A stretch of DNA of 64,000 nucleotides from Polyangia bacterium. GTDB lineage: Bacteria; Myxococcota_A; Polyangia; JAAYKL01. The stretch spans positions 66,313-130,312 of the forward strand of contig JBNKCR010000025.1 of the NCBI GenBank assembly GCA_050287845.1, in the 5' to 3' direction. Under the pieces are notes generated by a model. That model was given only the letters and a program-made list of their open reading frames with translations, ran no database searches and was not told where the DNA came from. Shown one piece after another: positions 48,835-57,570 of this stretch; positions within the stretch are counted from its first letter, which is position 1; the number at the start of each line of letters is the position of its first letter. The position numbers were made by a program, and so were the translations under genes.

Positions 48835-51050
48835 TTACCGTGGCGGAATTCATTGTGTTCATGGTGACCATCTGCGCCCATGTGGCGTTTCTGGGCATTC
48901 TGTATGCCTGGGAGAGCTCCCGCACCGTCAGAACCCTTCGGACGGCTTTTGTGTTTTTTCTTATCTGGCTCCTGGGGGAGTTCGTGGCGGCGCAGACGGC
49001 GGATGCGTCGTGGCGGCTATGGATTCAGCGCATGTCGGGTGGTTTCGGGATTGCCACCTCTTCCATCTTCATGAGATTTGTGTACGCCCTGCGGTATAAA
49101 AAATACGATCTTATTTTCTACGTGATGACAACGGTAATCGGGATATCGTCGATTCTGTATGTCACAACGGGGCTGGGGCTGAATTCGGTTGCCAACCTTG
49201 GAAACATGCATGTGGTGCAGTTCGGGATTCTGTTCTGGGCAATGCTGTTTGCGGTGGTTGGCAATTGGGTATTGATTGCGTGGGTGATGTATCGGGCAAA
49301 GCGCGAATTGCCCGACTATGAATCCGCACGGCGGAAGTCCATTGTGTTGCTGCAGATTGCCACCACGGTGCTGTCGTTTCTGGGGATTTTCGGGTTCATC
49401 TGGAGTTCGCTGTTCTGGGAAAAGAGTTTATTTTTCCGATATATCACGCTGCTATCAACTGTGTTCATTCCCTTTTTTATGATTGCGTTTTATCGCTACG
49501 GATTTTTAACCACGGGAATTGAAGGTCTGGCGCGGGATCTCTTTGAAAATGCGACGGATGGCATCATCGTGACGGACGAAGCCTACATTGTTCGGGAGAT
49601 CAATCCGGAAGCATTGCGATTTCTCAATTGCACCAGAGACGCTGCCGAAAGCGTGCCACTTCGGCAGTTGCTGAATCTGCCGGCCCATGAAGCGTTGAAA
49701 CCGAGGTACGAGTTGCGCCCCGGTGACGTGCCTGGGCTGCAGAAATATCTGGCGGTGTCGGTGACACCGGTGACGTCCCATGTGGGGGTTCGATTGAATC
49801 TGGTGGTGCTGCTGGACATGACCGACGAAAAGGCGGCGGAAGATACGGCGAACAGATCCAGAGAGGATTTTGAAAACGAAATATTGCTTCGCACCGAAGA
49901 ACTGATTGAGCTCCAGGAAAAGGAAGCGGTGGGCGCCATGGCGGGGAGTATTGCCCACGATTTCAATAATCTTCTGGCGGCGGTACTGGGATTTTCAACT
50001 GCGGCGCATCAGGATGTGCCGGACGGCAGCCCGCTGAAACGGGATCTGGAGGAAATTCTGGCATCTGCCCGGCAGGCGAGGGCGCTGGTGCAACAGCTAC
50101 TCCTGTACAGCAGACGGCAGAAATCCCGCCGGGTGAAGATGGATATGGCCGAAATGGTGACGTCATCCATTCCGCTCATCCGGTCTTCTCTGCCGCCCAA
50201 TGTGGTGTTTTCCTGTGACATTCCTTCCGCGCCCACCTTTGTCATGGCCAACAGAACCGATCTGGCCCAGGTGCTGATGAATCTCTCCACCAACGCCGCA
50301 CAGGCCATGGAAAAATTGGATGGCGAACTCCACATCACGCTGGAGGTCGATGCGACGCTGGCGGACAACGTGTTTTATGTGGGGCATGCGGTGGGAGACA
50401 ACAACCTCCGCCTGACGGTGCAGGATATTGGCACGGGAATTGGTGAGGATATCCGGCCCCATGTATTTGAGCCGTTCTTTTCGACAAGAAAAAATGCCAT
50501 CGGCTTCGGGTTATCCACTGCGTATCGGATTGTCACCGAGAATGCGGGAGGCATTTCCATTGAGGACAACCGGCCTGCAGGGGCGATGGTGTCGGTGTGG
50601 TTGCCCCGTCTGGCTGCGGACCAGGTGGATGAGCGCGACCATGGCATTGAATTGACCGGGGGGGAGCATATTCTCGTTGTGGACGATGATGAACGCATGC
50701 TTCGACTGATTGTGCGTCTGCTTACCAGCGTGGGATATCGCATCACCACCTTCAATGATCCCGGCCGGGCGCTGTCGGCATATCGACGGACCCCCGGCGC
50801 CTTTGATCTGGTGATTACCGATTTCGCCATGCCGCGGATGTCCGGCGCCGAACTGGGGCGGCTTCTGCTCGAAGAACGGAGCGACATCCCCGTGCTGATG
50901 GTCTCCGGGAATGCGTCGGTGGAGAATGTGGTGCAGGCTCAGGACGAAGGGATTGGGTATTATCTGCCCAAGCCATTCAGCCGCGAGGAACTGCTGGTGA
51001 TGGTCCGGCGCATTCTCAACGACCACAGGAGACCATCCATCATCCCCTGA
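48831..51050 (+). CDS. Membrane (about 7 TM) hybrid histidine kinase (paralog)
   Basis: ATGA overlap with the previous gene; SIAHDFNN, NLSTNA, FFSTR and receiver VVDDD...TDFAMP...KP. Confidence 0.92.
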   Translation: MITVAEFIVFMVTICAHVAFLGILYAWESSRTVRTLRTAFVFFLIWLLGEFVAAQTADASWRLWIQRMSGGFGIATSSIFMRFVYALRYKKYDLIFYVMTTVIGISSILYVTTGLGLNSVANLGNMHVVQFGILFWAMLFAVVGNWVLIAWVMYRAKRELPDYESARRKSIVLLQIATTVLSFLGIFGFIWSSLFWEKSLFFRYITLLSTVFIPFFMIAFYRYGFLTTGIEGLARDLFENATDGIIVTDEAYIVREINPEALRFLNCTRDAAESVPLRQLLNLPAHEALKPRYELRPGDVPGLQKYLAVSVTPVTSHVGVRLNLVVLLDMTDEKAAEDTANRSREDFENEILLRTEELIELQEKEAVGAMAGSIAHDFNNLLAAVLGFSTAAHQDVPDGSPLKRDLEEILASARQARALVQQLLLYSRRQKSRRVKMDMAEMVTSSIPLIRSSLPPNVVFSCDIPSAPTFVMANRTDLAQVLMNLSTNAAQAMEKLDGELHITLEVDATLADNVFYVGHAVGDNNLRLTVQDIGTGIGEDIRPHVFEPFFSTRKNAIGFGLSTAYRIVTENAGGISIEDNRPAGAMVSVWLPRLAADQVDERDHGIELTGGEHILVVDDDERMLRLIVRLLTSVGYRITTFNDPGRALSAYRRTPGAFDLVITDFAMPRMSGAELGRLLLEERSDIPVLMVSGNASVENVVQAQDEGIGYYLPKPFSREELLVMVRRILNDHRRPSIIP

Positions 51051-51159
51051 CTTTTTTTTAGAATCGTTTTTCATAAGAGTATGAAACGTTGCATTTTGTC
51101 AACTTGACGCTTGCGGGATTGCTGATGGATGAATAAACCGGGGGCTGAGGAGTAGCGGA

Positions 51160-52296
51160 TTGAACATATATCTGGATAACAATGCGACCACCCGACTGGA
51201 TCCCAGGGTAAAGGCGGCCATGATGCCGTTGATGGAAACGGTGTACGGAAACCCGTCCAGCATCCACGCCCACGGCCAGCAGGTTCGTCATGCCGTTGAT
51301 ACCGCCAGAGTCAGGGTGGCATCCCTAATCAATGCCGAGCCGGAGGAGATTGTCTTCACCTCCGGTGGCACCGAGTCGTGCAACACTGCCATTCTGGGAC
51401 ATTGCCGGGTGAAAGGAGATCGGGCCCGGATTCTGGCAAGTCGGGTGGAACATCCGGCGGTACTCCGATGTGTCGAGTATCTGGCGTCGTCCGGCGGGGC
51501 CGCGGTGGATTGGGTGGACGTGACACCGGATGGTGTCATTGACCCGCAGGATTTGACCCGGAAAATGGCGGCAGGTCCCACGCTGGTGTCGGTGATGACG
51601 GCCAATAATGATGTTGGCGCCCTGATGCCTGTTTCCGACGTGGCGGCAGAGGCGCACGCGACAGGAGCGGTGTGTCATACGGATGCGGTGCAGGCGGTGG
51701 GAAAGATTCCGGTGGATGTGAAGGGTTCAGATGTGGACATGCTGTCGTGTTCCGCTCACAAGTTGCACGGCCCCCCCGGCGTCGGGGCGCTGTATGTGAA
51801 ACGGGGGACCCGGATATTGCCCACGCTGTTTGGCGGTCATCAGGAATATCGGCGCAGACCGGGAACCGAAAATGTGGCGGCGATTGTGGGGTTCGGTGTG
51901 GCGTGTGAACTGGCGGGGGCGCAGATGGCCACCCGCACGGCCCATGTGCGGTTCCTGAAAGCGCGACTTGAGAACGGATTGAACCAGATAGACGGAATTC
52001 AGATATATGGCAGGCATGCGCCAAGATTGCCGGGCACCTGTTACGCGGGGGTTTCGGGGGTGGAAGGGGAAACCCTGCAGATGGCCCTGGACTTGCGCGG
52101 TTTTTCGGTTTCAATGGGGTCTGCATGCAGTTCCGAATCACGGGACCCGTCCCATGTGCTGACCGCGATGGGCGTATCGGCCAGGGATGCGGTGCGGGCA
52201 GTGCGTTTTTCTCTGGGCCCGGAGAATACAGAAGAAGAAATTGATTGCGTATTGGGTGCGCTTCGGGAAATCATCCCTGCCCTGCGTCGGGGATAA
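51160..52296 (+). CDS. Cysteine desulfurase (IscS/NifS family)
   Basis: YLDNNATT, GNPSS, FTSGGTE, HTDAVQ, SAHKLHGP and SMGSACSS. Confidence 0.93.
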   Translation: MNIYLDNNATTRLDPRVKAAMMPLMETVYGNPSSIHAHGQQVRHAVDTARVRVASLINAEPEEIVFTSGGTESCNTAILGHCRVKGDRARILASRVEHPAVLRCVEYLASSGGAAVDWVDVTPDGVIDPQDLTRKMAAGPTLVSVMTANNDVGALMPVSDVAAEAHATGAVCHTDAVQAVGKIPVDVKGSDVDMLSCSAHKLHGPPGVGALYVKRGTRILPTLFGGHQEYRRRPGTENVAAIVGFGVACELAGAQMATRTAHVRFLKARLENGLNQIDGIQIYGRHAPRLPGTCYAGVSGVEGETLQMALDLRGFSVSMGSACSSESRDPSHVLTAMGVSARDAVRAVRFSLGPENTEEEIDCVLGALREIIPALRRG

Positions 52297-52371
52297 ACCG
52301 CAATGGGGCCATGTCGGCTCTCATCGCCCTTCGCCGGGCATCGTCGGGTGCCCCACTGAAAAGAGGATAGT

Positions 52372-53460
52372 TTGACGGGTGCGGCAAAAAAAGAAACGGT
52401 CTTTGTGGCCATGAGTGGCGGTGTGGATTCCAGCGTGGCGGCCGGGTTGCTGGTGAAGCAGGGATATGATGTGGTGGGGGTGACCCTGATATTCCGGCCC
52501 TGCGACGATGCCGACAATGTGAGCTGGTGCTGCGGGCGGGGCGCTCAGGAAAATGCCCGGGCGGTTTGCCAGTCGCTGGGAATTCGCCACTATGCCATTG
52601 ATTGCGCAAAGGAATTCGAAGATGCGGTGCTTCGACCCGCGTGGGACACTTATCGTGCGGGGCGCACCCCGAGTCCCTGCATACTGTGCAATTCGGAAAT
52701 CAAGTTTCAGATCATCATGGAGAGAGCAAAGGCTCTCGGCGCCACCAGACTGGCCACCGGACATTATGCCATCATCGAGCACGGTGAAGCGCCCCGCCTG
52801 CGACGCGGAGAGTATTCCCCAAAGGATCAGACGTATTTTCTGTTTTCGCTGAATCGTGAACAGCTCAATTTTACCCTGTTTCCCCTCGGGAGATTGAAGA
52901 AGTCCGAGGTTCGGGAACTGGCCAGGGAGATGGGGTTCGTGAATGCGGAACGCAAAGAAAGTCAGGACGCCTGTTTCGTCACCGCCGAAGGCAAATTTCA
53001 GGATGCGCTCCGGCAGCGATTCAATGCGCCAGAGACCCCGGGTAAAATCGTTGATCCCCGGGGGCGGGTGCTGGGGCAGCACAACGGTGTCTATAACTAC
53101 ACTGTCGGTCAGCGCAAAGGGTTGAATGTGGCGCTGGGCAGGCGTGCTTTTGTCTCCCGGATTGACGCCGCAACAAACGAGGTGGTGCTGACCACCGATG
53201 AATCGGATTTGCTGGCGAAAACGGTGACTGCGAACCGGGTGGCATGGACCGGGGACGTGCTGCCAAAGTTTCCATTGCCGTGCCAGGCGCAAATCCGATA
53301 TCGCAGCAAACCGGCCAGTGGCACCGCATCCCTGATAGCGGATGGACGATTGCAGGTGGTGTTTGATGTCCCCCAGAAAGCGGTGGCACCGGGGCAGGCC
53401 CTGGTTCTTTTCGATGGAGACCGGGTGCTGGGTGGCGGTTGGATTGAACTCGCCAATTAA
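52372..53460 (+). CDS. mnmA: tRNA 2-thiouridylase MnmA
   Basis: AMSGGVDSS, PSPCILCN, ATGHY, KDQTYFL, ESQDACF, YTVGQRKGL and APGQ. Confidence 0.95.
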   Translation: MTGAAKKETVFVAMSGGVDSSVAAGLLVKQGYDVVGVTLIFRPCDDADNVSWCCGRGAQENARAVCQSLGIRHYAIDCAKEFEDAVLRPAWDTYRAGRTPSPCILCNSEIKFQIIMERAKALGATRLATGHYAIIEHGEAPRLRRGEYSPKDQTYFLFSLNREQLNFTLFPLGRLKKSEVRELAREMGFVNAERKESQDACFVTAEGKFQDALRQRFNAPETPGKIVDPRGRVLGQHNGVYNYTVGQRKGLNVALGRRAFVSRIDAATNEVVLTTDESDLLAKTVTANRVAWTGDVLPKFPLPCQAQIRYRSKPASGTASLIADGRLQVVFDVPQKAVAPGQALVLFDGDRVLGGGWIELAN

Positions 53461-53579
53461 GACAATCCGTACAGATCATAAAATACTTTCCCATTATCAA
53501 CCAATGAAGTGTTCACAACAGGTTGGATGAATATCTGTAGACGAATTGGCGTGTGCCAGCGCTCGGAAAGGAGCAGACA

Positions 53580-54851
53580 ATGAGACGAACCATATGGATT
53601 CTGACTGGTTGGATACCCATGTTTGTGTGTGTATCATGTTCGACATCTCACAATTCGGATGTCGATGATGACGATGGAAAAACCAGGACTGACCAGAACG
53701 ATGAAGAGCTCGTGGCCGGAGATGAGTCGCTGTTCGGCGATTCGGCGTTTAATTTTTCGCCGATCGGCTGGAACGACATCACCCCACTGGGGTCGCCGGC
53801 GGTAACGTTCGGAGATGCCGCCGGAACATGCACCGCACCGCTGATTCTGGAAACCTCCAGTGAGAGCCTGACGCCGACAGCGGCGCAGACGGAAGTGACG
53901 GTGACACTGATTGTGGATGAATCTTCCGCGGTGTATGGGACCCGGGAAAGTGTTGCAGATACAGAGGATGAGTATGCGACAACCGCACTGGCGGTGTCGG
54001 GTACGGTGAAACTGGCAACCGCTGATGGCGTGCTGGTGGACGAAGGCCCCGTAACGCTTACCGTTTTCAATATTTCCGGCGATGAATTGTTACATCTGGA
54101 AGTTCCATTCGAGAGTATTGGTGGCACTTTGGCGTTCACCCCCGAAGATGAAAATCATACCGCATTGAGTCTGCAGTACCGGATGAGTCCTCCGGGACGT
54201 GAATGTGCGGGAGAAGTGATGTTCATGGAACACTGGACCATGATTGATCATTCGGAGCAAACGGATTCCGACGTGAACGTGGCGGCTATGGGAATGGGGC
54301 GCATCGCGGTCTGGTCTGATACCGGATGTGAGGCCGGTTCAGAACCGGTGGATATTGCTGCCACATATGGCGCGCAGATGATTCAACAAATCGAGGAAGA
54401 CTGGACTGGATTGATGCTTGAGGGTGCGTGGGACAGCGGCACCGACGACGCGCTCTCATTGACTGTGGCACTTTCCGGCACCGTGGGCTGCAAGCCAGTG
54501 GGCGCCAGAAACATTGTGATTCCTGCAACGGCGACATACGGCACCCGGTCGGGGATGCTTCCTGAAACAACCCTTGATGCACAGGAGTTCAGTGTGATCA
54601 TTGACGAGAGCGGCGTGTTGGAGCAGAGCCGCCTCGATATTGATGACAGACGGGAGTGCACCACGGGAAACGAACTGGATGGGTACGGGTTCGGGACGTG
54701 TGACACCCTCTCGGGAATAATTGTGCAACTGGGGTTGAATCAGAAGGACGGTACGTTCAGTGTGAGCGATGAGGGCCTGATGGTGTTTGAATATGCCGCG
54801 GATACGCCATTCGGCGGCATGGCGACCAACAACAGAGCCTTCGAATTCTGA
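53580..54851 (+). CDS. Acidic hypothetical lipoprotein
   Basis: AAGGAG RBS, lipobox-like CVSC, long acidic ORF with no recognised domain. Confidence 0.7.
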   Translation: MRRTIWILTGWIPMFVCVSCSTSHNSDVDDDDGKTRTDQNDEELVAGDESLFGDSAFNFSPIGWNDITPLGSPAVTFGDAAGTCTAPLILETSSESLTPTAAQTEVTVTLIVDESSAVYGTRESVADTEDEYATTALAVSGTVKLATADGVLVDEGPVTLTVFNISGDELLHLEVPFESIGGTLAFTPEDENHTALSLQYRMSPPGRECAGEVMFMEHWTMIDHSEQTDSDVNVAAMGMGRIAVWSDTGCEAGSEPVDIAATYGAQMIQQIEEDWTGLMLEGAWDSGTDDALSLTVALSGTVGCKPVGARNIVIPATATYGTRSGMLPETTLDAQEFSVIIDESGVLEQSRLDIDDRRECTTGNELDGYGFGTCDTLSGIIVQLGLNQKDGTFSVSDEGLMVFEYAADTPFGGMATNNRAFEF

Positions 54852-54894
54852 GCCGTGTCAGCGTGAGCCGTGTCGGCGTGGGCCGTGTTGACAT
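54850..54894. repeat. 15-bp degenerate tandem repeat, three copies
   Basis: GAGCCGTGTCAGCGT / GAGCCGTGTCGGCGT / GGGCCGTGTTGACAT. Confidence 0.7.
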
Positions 54895-54897
54895 GGT

Positions 54898-54934
54898 AAA
54901 TAAAAAAGGCGACGTTCCCCAAAGAGCGTCGCCT
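54898..54934 (-). terminator. Intrinsic terminator of the RNA-binding protein gene
   Basis: Minus strand AGGCGACGCTC-TTTGGG-GAACGTCGCCT followed by TTTTTATTT. Confidence 0.8.
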
Positions 54935-54964
54935 CAATAATTTTTCAACTGTAATATCTTCGGC

Positions 54965-55357
54965 TTACCACTCGTTGTCGCGATTTCCGCCGCCGAATCC
55001 GTTGCGATTTCCGCCACGGAATCCACCGCGTCCTCCGCCACCGCCGCCGCCGCCGAATCCACCACCGCGGCGTCCGCCGCCACCGCCGCCACCTTCGCGA
55101 CGTTTTTCACGTGCCTCAGTAACGGTGATTTCACGGCCGTCAAGGGTAGTGCCATTCATTTCGGCAATGGCTTTCTCTGCGGCTTCGGCTGCTTCGAATG
55201 TAACGAAGCCGAAACCGCGGGAGCGGCCGGTGTTGCGATCTGAAATCACTTTGGATTCAGTAATTGCACCAAATCCTTCAAAAGCAGCGAGCAGATCGCT
55301 GTCGGTTGTGTTCCAGGATAAACTTCCGACGAATATTTTATTCATTTTCTTCTCCAT
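54965..55357 (-). CDS. RRM RNA-binding protein with Gly/Arg-rich tail
   Basis: RNP2 IFVGSL, RNP1 RGFGFVTF and an RGG-rich tail. Confidence 0.93.
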   Translation of the reverse strand: MEKKMNKIFVGSLSWNTTDSDLLAAFEGFGAITESKVISDRNTGRSRGFGFVTFEAAEAAEKAIAEMNGTTLDGREITVTEAREKRREGGGGGGGRRGGGFGGGGGGGGRGGFRGGNRNGFGGGNRDNEW

Positions 55358-55802
55358 TCGGGCACTTCACTGCCCCTCTATAAACGACTGCTTCTTGCCA
55401 GCCGTTTGTCATATCTTTTTGCGTGCCGAACTGAACTTTGCGAATTAAATACTCGACGGAGGAACATTTCGGACAGATTGTCAGGAGGGCTACTGCCGCA
55501 CCTTTTCGTTGACCTTTCAACCTTATGAGAGGTTCAATTTCTAACAACGACACCACACAATTGTGGAAACGTGCATAAAACGTTAATTTGGATTCGGGCA
55601 GTTGTCAAATGCTAAATTGGGATGTGACGAAAATGACACTTACTTATATTGATTTTTTTTCATTTTTCAAGCCAGATAGTAATTTTTGTACCAATTTCAG
55701 GCTCGTGGACCTCAACTATCGTCATTTGGTTTATCTGAATTGGCTGAAAACAGAAGCCATCCGTCCATTATTTTGATGATTATCGGGAAATACAATTGAA
55801 AT

Positions 55803-55878
55803 TGGTGGAGCCGAAGGGACTTGAACCCTCGACTTCCGCATTGCGAACGCGGCGCTCTCCCAACTGAGCTACGGCCCC
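55803..55878 (-). tRNA. tRNA-Ala(CGC)
   Basis: GGGGCCGTAGCTCAGTTGGGAGAGCG-CCGCG-TTCGCAA-TGCGG-AAGTCGAGGGTTCAAGTCCCTTCGGCTCCACCA; 76 nt with encoded CCA. Confidence 0.97.
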
Positions 55879-56180
55879 AATTCTGAATGATTGCTCCTCG
55901 TCAAAAGAGCACCCCGGATTATGAATCTCTTTTGTTTTCGCACAAGCTTTTTTTGAACGAAATGCACCAGGTGGGTTCGATTGTCATCGAAGATGTGTTT
56001 TAAAGAGCGAAAACGGCAATCCAGAGATCAATTGGGGGACCATGTGATGGAAACATTGCTGAAGCTGGGTTGGTTTTCCGGTTTTAACGTTTCAGACGAA
56101 TTTCCCTTCTGGCGCTGATTTTCCTCAGACAGTATTTGCTCAAAAGGATATATTGCCGATATTCGGGTGCGATTAAAAGC

Positions 56181-57110
56181 TTACAGCCGGGTCCGATATC
56201 CGGCTTCATCCCGGGCGATTTTTCCCAGAATGCCTTTCATGGTGACATCGAGAAGGCTTCCCTGCCGGTAATCACCGGGGACCACATAATGTGCGCGGTC
56301 TTCCGCGATGAGGTTGTACACTTTTTCCTGATGGCTGTCGTTTTGCCACGTATCCAAATCAAACACGGCCACGGAGTGCCCGCCCTGATGCCGGACCATC
56401 TTCATCGACGGAATATCGGTGTCGCCATCTCCCAGATAAATGATGCGCGAAAAAGGAATGGGTCTCTCTCCGGGCGGCATCCAGCGATTGACGCCTTCAC
56501 TGTTCCAATAGTTCAGAATGCCCTTGTTGATGCGAAACAGAAACTGGGTCTTGCTGGTGTAATTGATGGAAGTGGCGGGCCATATGGCAACGCCTTGATC
56601 ATCGTACAGATATCTGGATGCAAAAATACGGATGAATCTGGAGGCAATGGGGGAACCTTCGATGATTTCTCCGTTTCCGGAGGAGATAATGTAGTGTTCC
56701 AGAGCGAGTCCGCGCTCAGCGGCGAAGGCATTGATTCTATCAAACCAGCGGTCGACCCCGATGAACAGGGGAATGGTTCGGCCGTGTTCCCGAAGGAGTT
56801 GTCTGGTGATGGAAACGCCTCTTTCCGCGGCCAGTTTGAGCATAAGGTATAAAAAGATGAGGTTTTCATCCGCATTGTGTTTTTCTTTACTGTCGCGAAC
56901 TTCATTCCAGAAATCTGCCTTCCGGATATTGAGCAACTTTGGAAAAAAACTGTGTTCCTGGGCATTGCCGTGAGCAAGGGTGCCATCGAAGTCATATACG
57001 AGCGCGGTGCGCAGACGGGCTTCCGGTTGTACCGCTTTTTTTGGGGGGTATTCGCGGCTGCAACCTTTAAACCGACGACGCATTCTGTTGCAACTGGATG
57101 GGTTTTTCAT
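56181..57110 (-). CDS. HAD-superfamily hydrolase
   Basis: YDFDGTL, IISSG, KTQFLFRINKG and YLGDGDTDIPSM. Start after an AAGGAG RBS. Confidence 0.88.
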   Translation of the reverse strand: MKNPSSCNRMRRRFKGCSREYPPKKAVQPEARLRTALVYDFDGTLAHGNAQEHSFFPKLLNIRKADFWNEVRDSKEKHNADENLIFLYLMLKLAAERGVSITRQLLREHGRTIPLFIGVDRWFDRINAFAAERGLALEHYIISSGNGEIIEGSPIASRFIRIFASRYLYDDQGVAIWPATSINYTSKTQFLFRINKGILNYWNSEGVNRWMPPGERPIPFSRIIYLGDGDTDIPSMKMVRHQGGHSVAVFDLDTWQNDSHQEKVYNLIAEDRAHYVVPGDYRQGSLLDVTMKGILGKIARDEAGYRTRL

Positions 57111-57570
57111 GCTATCAACTCCTTGTGTCCGTTCCATTCGGCGCATGCCATGATTCGGTCCGGATAATCCGTTCATCTCTGCGCGACGGGATTAGACGCT
57201 TTTTGCCGCATTCTTTCCGGATGGGGGAAATTGGCAACAGGAAAATGAGATGCCTGTTTTTCCAGGATGAACTGACAAGTTCATTCGGAACCGTGGAAAG
57301 GGAACCACATCGCTGCGAATCCTGCTTCATATCAGAATGGCGAGGAACAAATTCGGCCCAACCGCGTCCATTTTCGGAATATTGGGAATTTTATGAGATG
57401 TTTATCCGTGCTGGTTGTGGCGACGGGCATCGTCTGTTGTTCTAAGGGCAAATTTGAATGATTCGTGTTTTGGTTCCTGGACGATGCCTCACTTGCTACT
57501 AAGTTTACCTGTCTAATCAGCAGTATCAAACCAAGGCCGCCTTGCGGCACAGATGCAATTGGGGGATTTT

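Noticed and set aside
51069..51108. Palindromes TTTCATA-AGAG-TATGAAA and GTCAA-C-TTGAC upstream of the desulfurase as an IscR site
   Set aside because: Short, no regulator gene adjacent, and not distinguishable from chance or a weak terminator.
55560..55802. Integrative element at the tRNA-Ala 3' end
   Set aside because: AT-rich, but no integrase or duplicated tRNA 3' sequence; more simply the promoter/leader region of the RRM gene.
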